A stretch of DNA of 64,000 nt from a virus: IMG/VR virus record IMGVR_UViG_3300040758_000214, positions 1 to 64,000 of that record; one strand, 5' to 3'. The position numbers were made by a program, and so were the translations under genes. Positions 59,315-64,000 of this stretch are shown here, one piece after another (positions within the stretch are counted from its first letter, which is position 1; each line of letters begins with the position of its first letter). The notes beneath the pieces are model-generated. The model was not told where the DNA came from. It did not search any database and saw only the letters and a list, made by a program, of their open reading frames with translations.

Positions 59315-60852
59315 AATCTTGGTATATAATTCTGTACCTTGGTAATAGCTTTAGCAGAACTTACTACAGAATTTGCAGTTGATGTTGCTTCATTCACTAT
59401 TCCTTTTGCAGTATTCTCCGCTTCTTTAGCCACGCCTAATGCTGTTTTTTCCAATTCCCCGGGTATTGCAGTTACCTCATTTATTATTCCTTTAGCCTCC
59501 GCTATAGCACCTTGAACTGTTCCTTTAATTTCATTAATATTACTTTGAACTTCTGCAACAACTCCGGTTACTGTAGACCTTATATTTGCAATAGTTTGGT
59601 GCACATTAGAAATTACAGATCCTAAACTCACAGGTTGTTCTTGTTGCAATGTAGTAAAAGTACTCATATCAGAATTATTAATCCTAGAAGCTGAAGAAGT
59701 TTCTGTAGGAATAGTTGTAGGAGTATTTGATGGAGTTGTAGGTGTTGTATCAGTGGAATTAGTTATTATAGAATTAGTTTCGGAACTAAATTGAACATCC
59801 GGACTTTCTGCTCGAACTGTTCTTTTTTCTCTTAACACAGTTAAATATTGCCCTATGGAAGGTCTGTCTGGACTTTTACCTGTAATTAAACTTGTATATA
59901 ATGATTGGAATTCAATTCTTACATCTATCATTGTGGGTCTTTGATTATATGCAATCATATTTTCCATACCCAATTGCACCGATATTCCTGATATTGCAGC
60001 AGGATTCATAATAAATAAACCTTTACATTTAATATTACATAAAAATGGAAAACCATAAACATTATCCTCTTTTGCCATTTGAATTGGTGTGCCCAAAGTA
60101 AGAAGAGCTGCTAATGGTGCCAATAAATAATTTTCATGCATTTTATCATTTGCAGGAACTGGATTATGTAATCTTACAGTTATAGAAAATGTAGGTACAA
60201 AACTACTTCCCTTCCATACATGAGGGAAATCAATTCTATTTCCTGCCATTACTTCATCCATTAATGTTGTTACTCTTTCTGCTACTCCTTTATTTCCTAA
60301 TTGAGTTCCTAATTTTCCAATAAAATCGGTTGCCGATTGTTTAGCTCCTAATATTCCAGCCCCCAATGTTTTTGCAATTTCACCTTGTGACCCAGCCAAA
60401 GCCCCAGCTATTTTACTAACACCTTCAGATGCAGTTCTAGTTCCTGTCATAAAAGCTATTTCACTTGCTCCTTGTGATGCAACATCTGTAGACTTTTGTA
60501 AAAAACTTTCACCCCATTCATTATTTACAGATAATGAAGGAAAATTATCTGCTATAAATGCAATTTGAATTGGAAAATTAATTGAATATCCAACTTTTTC
60601 TAATTCCGCTTTATATTGTTCTTTAGCATCTTTTAAAGTAAATAAAGTTAAACCTTGCTGAAAGTTTGGAATACTTGGTATAATTTTTAATATTGGCATA
60701 GAATTCAAAATCATATTACTAGACATTTCATCTTGAGGGGGTAATCCAATAATTAATGGAACTTCAGCTCTTATAGTTTCTTTATTTGAAGATGTAGGAG
60801 CTTGACTTTTATTATTCTTAATTACTTTTGTACCTTGACTTGGTGTTGCCAT
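59311..60852 (-). CDS. Tail-tube-cap / baseplate-tube junction protein (gp48/gp54-like) with low-complexity C-terminus
   Basis: FP.VW..S....FS.TV.L; YG.PF......G; AI..ISV; P..IDV.IEF..LY tube-fold pattern; next to the tape measure gene. Confidence 0.55.
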   Translation of the reverse strand: MATPSQGTKVIKNNKSQAPTSSNKETIRAEVPLIIGLPPQDEMSSNMILNSMPILKIIPSIPNFQQGLTLFTLKDAKEQYKAELEKVGYSINFPIQIAFIADNFPSLSVNNEWGESFLQKSTDVASQGASEIAFMTGTRTASEGVSKIAGALAGSQGEIAKTLGAGILGAKQSATDFIGKLGTQLGNKGVAERVTTLMDEVMAGNRIDFPHVWKGSSFVPTFSITVRLHNPVPANDKMHENYLLAPLAALLTLGTPIQMAKEDNVYGFPFLCNIKCKGLFIMNPAAISGISVQLGMENMIAYNQRPTMIDVRIEFQSLYTSLITGKSPDRPSIGQYLTVLREKRTVRAESPDVQFSSETNSIITNSTDTTPTTPSNTPTTIPTETSSASRINNSDMSTFTTLQQEQPVSLGSVISNVHQTIANIRSTVTGVVAEVQSNINEIKGTVQGAIAEAKGIINEVTAIPGELEKTALGVAKEAENTAKGIVNEATSTANSVVSSAKAITKVQNYIPRF

Positions 60853-60937
60853 TAATTTAATCTCCCATTTTTAAACATTTTCAAAAAAAAAATAAACCCG
60901 GTGAATTGGATTTATTTTTGAATATTATATTTTTTTG

Positions 60938-61462
60938 TCATTTGTGGTTGATTTCTTCTTTTTTTAATTCATCTATTACTTTATCTGCCAGTTGTGAAGT
61001 CCATTCTGCTAAATCTTTTTCAGATTCTTGAACCCAAGCTAATTCAGAATTGTATTTTTTAAAATTTTCTTTGGCTTGCATATATTCATTGCAATCATCT
61101 TTATATCCATACCATCCTTCTTTACATGCAACCCATCCTTCTAAATAATGTCTCTTCTGTATATATTCATTTAATTCATTAATCATATTAATATCTTCAT
61201 TTTCTTTTTCAACCAAAAGATCCATTAAAAATTTCTGAACTGCTATGTAATTATCGCCATATTGTTTTATATCTACTTGTGATTTAGGAGTTAATTCAAT
61301 GGAAAATCCTTTAGACATTGCATTACCTTTAATTATATCTTTCATAGTCGAAATATAAAGTTGACATTTTTCATGTTCTATTTTTGCTTTTTCTTCTTTA
61401 CTTTGCCCACATCCACATACTAAACATATTGTAATTATTCCAAATATTAATTTTCGTAACAT
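60938..61462 (-). CDS. Putative lipoprotein
   Basis: MLRKLIFGIITICLVCGC lipobox-like; has its own putative early promoter. Confidence 0.6.
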   Translation of the reverse strand: MLRKLIFGIITICLVCGCGQSKEEKAKIEHEKCQLYISTMKDIIKGNAMSKGFSIELTPKSQVDIKQYGDNYIAVQKFLMDLLVEKENEDINMINELNEYIQKRHYLEGWVACKEGWYGYKDDCNEYMQAKENFKKYNSELAWVQESEKDLAEWTSQLADKVIDELKKEEINHK

Positions 61463-61498
61463 AATATATCTCCTTTATTATAAATTAATTTTAAATTC

Positions 61499-61518
61499 TT
61501 AGTAATTAATATATATAG
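61499..61518 (-). promoter_or_regulatory. CTATATATATTAATWACYAA motif, copy 4
   Basis: CTATATATATTAATTACTAA upstream of the lipoprotein gene. Confidence 0.7.
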
Positions 61519-61537
61519 AAGATATAGATATAATGAT

Positions 61538-64000
61538 TTAAAATAGATTACCATGAGCAACATTATGTAATTCTGCATCAAATGGATTTTGATGTTGCCC
61601 ACTATTATTTGTAGTATTTATATTTTTTATAGATGATGCAACATTATTTGTGCTTACCACTAAATTATTTCCAAGTGTTGTTAAATTTCCCATTGCTGCA
61701 GCTTGAAATTTTTCATTTGAATTTTTCATAGCGTCTATCTGCAACGATTCTTTAGCAACATGCATATCTACTAATTCTTTTTTAGAGAATGCATTATAAT
61801 ATTTTTTAACTTTTTCTATATATTGGCGTGTTTCTTTTACTGGATGAGAAGCTCCTCTTCCCCCACCATTATAATAGCCTAAAGCTTTATCTAAATTACC
61901 ATGATATTTGTTTAATAAATATAATAAAAATTTAGTTCCCCCCCTTACATTTTGTACCGGATCATATGCATTTGTGACGCCCAGTTGCCTTGCAGTAGGA
62001 GGCATTAATTGCATTAATCCCTGGGCTCCTCTACTAGATGTAGCATTTGGGTTTCCCCCACTCTCCGCTTGAATGACGGCTTTTACTAAATCACTACCAT
62101 TAACTCCCCAATTTTTAAAGTCAAATGTTTTACCAAATCCTAGATCATCAATACTCCATCCTTTTTTTCCAGTCCTAGCAGCTGGATTTTTAGAAGCAGG
62201 TGCATTTGGAGCAGGTCTCATATTATTAGGAACTGCACCATTTCCAATATTAACTTCAGGAAATAATTTAGAAAATTGAGATAACCATTCACCACCTTTC
62301 CATCCAATTATTGCTCCTCCTAATATACCCATTGGATTCCCACCAGTGGCAACAGCTCCCAAAGATGCACCAATTACAGCCCCTTCTATTTTCATAGATC
62401 GTTTACTTAAAAAACTAAAAGTAGATTGAACAACATCTTCAATTGTATCAACCGGATGTTGAATAACTTTCATAGCTCTCATTGCAATACTTTCTATTCC
62501 TTCCCACATTCCATTCAATGATTTAGCAATTCTTTCAGGTCCAATATATCCAAATATTCCACCTATTAAAGCTCCAACAGGAGGCCCAAATGGGGGAGCC
62601 AACATTCCAATGACCATACCTCTCATTGCACCAAAGAATGCACCTTCCATTTTTCCTAAGAATCCATGGAATCCTCCTTTAGATTGACCATAATCTCCAC
62701 CACCTAAATATCCACCTAAAGTAGAGAAACTTTTTTGAGCACCAGTTGCTTTACCACCAAACCATTCATTAGACTTTCCCTCGCCAGCAAAGGCATTCAT
62801 TAGGGAATCTACAATTCCTAATATTCCAGCTCCTTTTAAACCACCTCTAGCAATTGCACCTTTATTATTCCATAGACCTTTTGCTCCACCCCATAATCCT
62901 TTACCTAAAAATTTTGCTCCGGACCATGCCATTTTACCCATAGCTAAAGGTATAGTCCACTTAAAGAATTTTAAAAGTTTAAATATTTTTTCTCCGCCCC
63001 AAAATCCAGCCTTGAATATAGGACCTAAAAATGGTATTCCTCCTAAGAAACCTTTTACTCCTGAATATAATGCCATTATCATTAAACCTAGATCACTAAA
63101 GAAACCTTTACCTTTTTTATACATAGTATGAACACCTTCTTTAGTTCCTTCGGTTGCATCTTGAATTTTCTTTAATCGTTTATCCATTGTACTATTTTTG
63201 GCAACATCTATATATTCCGCATCAATATATCCGGCTCCACCTGTCAATAATTTTTGACCGCCACCAATTTGACCATATTTTCCTCTTCTAAATTTATTTG
63301 CTATCCAACCAAACATTCCGCCTAAACCTATTGCTGAGGCTACGGCTCTAATTCTTTGATAATTTGTATATGTTTGATTCCCAGGAGGTGCAACATCTTC
63401 ACCTGTAATTTTTTCACTTAATCTTCTTAAGTAGAAAATCATTTGGTCATATCTTTCCATACTTCTTACATAAGTTATAGCTAAAATATTGGCCATATTT
63501 TCTTGAACATTTGTGGAATGTGGTAATTCTCTTTCATACCTATTTCTAACTTTGAATAAGAATTTTGGTATTTTATTAAATACTGAATCTAAGACATGTA
63601 ATCCTGTTGCTACTTTTCTAAAGAATGGATTTTGCATTACATATTTAATTAAGTGAGATTTAAGATCAAGTCCCATTCCAGTCATTGCTAATTTTAAACT
63701 AAATAATGTATTATAAATTTTAGATAACCAACCACCTTTATCTAAGCTAACTTTACTATTCAATAATTGTTCTGTTGAATATTTTCCTTTTTTAAATAAT
63801 TTACTTATTGGAGAAACTACTTCACCAGCATGAACGTATACAACTCCACCTTTAGATATTAATCCTCCGGATTGTAATTTTGGAATATTTTTTGCTCTAA
63901 TACTTGCATTGGAAGGTGAATCAAAATAATCATCGGATTCATTTAATCCTTGTTTTTTTCTACGTCTTCTTGCTCTAAATTCTTCAAATGTAATTGCGGA
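61538..64000 (-). CDS. Tape-measure protein with soluble lytic transglycosylase (SLT) domain; 5' partial
   Basis: Frame open to the window edge (PKLQSGG...VHAGEVVSP); Gly-rich hydrophobic repeats; [25 protein letters not shown]...YNGG...ETRQY. Confidence 0.88.
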   Translation of the reverse strand, partial: SAITFEEFRARRRRKKQGLNESDDYFDSPSNASIRAKNIPKLQSGGLISKGGVVYVHAGEVVSPISKLFKKGKYSTEQLLNSKVSLDKGGWLSKIYNTLFSLKLAMTGMGLDLKSHLIKYVMQNPFFRKVATGLHVLDSVFNKIPKFLFKVRNRYERELPHSTNVQENMANILAITYVRSMERYDQMIFYLRRLSEKITGEDVAPPGNQTYTNYQRIRAVASAIGLGGMFGWIANKFRRGKYGQIGGGQKLLTGGAGYIDAEYIDVAKNSTMDKRLKKIQDATEGTKEGVHTMYKKGKGFFSDLGLMIMALYSGVKGFLGGIPFLGPIFKAGFWGGEKIFKLLKFFKWTIPLAMGKMAWSGAKFLGKGLWGGAKGLWNNKGAIARGGLKGAGILGIVDSLMNAFAGEGKSNEWFGGKATGAQKSFSTLGGYLGGGDYGQSKGGFHGFLGKMEGAFFGAMRGMVIGMLAPPFGPPVGALIGGIFGYIGPERIAKSLNGMWEGIESIAMRAMKVIQHPVDTIEDVVQSTFSFLSKRSMKIEGAVIGASLGAVATGGNPMGILGGAIIGWKGGEWLSQFSKLFPEVNIGNGAVPNNMRPAPNAPASKNPAARTGKKGWSIDDLGFGKTFDFKNWGVNGSDLVKAVIQAESGGNPNATSSRGAQGLMQLMPPTARQLGVTNAYDPVQNVRGGTKFLLYLLNKYHGNLDKALGYYNGGGRGASHPVKETRQYIEKVKKYYNAFSKKELVDMHVAKESLQIDAMKNSNEKFQAAAMGNLTTLGNNLVVSTNNVASSIKNINTTNNSGQHQNPFDAELHNVAHGNLF

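Noticed and set aside
60884-60919. Terminator between the lipoprotein and tube-cap genes
   Set aside because: The stem is AT-rich and mismatched; too weak to call.

Overview
An AT-rich (roughly 25% GC by eye) segment of a large, contractile-tailed, distantly T4-like (jumbo-type) bacteriophage, read in the standard genetic code. Plus-strand blocks of virion genes encode a tail sheath, tail tube, gp26/gp51-like hub or chaperone proteins, gp25, a gp6-like wedge and other baseplate-like proteins. They alternate with long minus-strand blocks of small accessory genes. The window ends in a minus-strand tail-tube-cap-like gene and a partial tape-measure protein carrying a lytic transglycosylase domain. 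Accessory functions include a tRNA/RNA-repair set (RtcB, Thg1, CCA-adding enzyme, PTH2), many phosphoesterases, an R2K-type ATP-grasp protein and a radical SAM enzyme. Selfish elements are an HNH-containing intein at the catalytic Cys of a papain-like protease, a free-standing GIY-YIG endonuclease and an internally deleted TnpB. The most unusual observations: (1) an eight-member paralogous family inside the tail/baseplate operon with a Glu-site-rich pro-region, a conserved hydrophobic-x-E|Q junction, a hydrophobic helix and a cationic Cys-rich helical C-terminus, possibly protease-matured, packaged, membrane-active proteins; (2) a shared YLxxLxE capsid-targeting-like N-terminus on unrelated proteins; (3) an eight-member CxxC..DEL..C..C mini-protein family, partly clustered with the radical SAM enzyme and an 'FVTNSSS' protein; (4) a roughly 200-nt two-unit non-coding element duplicated in inverted orientation 50 kb apart; (5) two promoter-like motifs set back-to-back at strand switches. 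No tRNA, rRNA or CRISPR array was seen. All family assignments come from motif recognition by eye; no database search was run.
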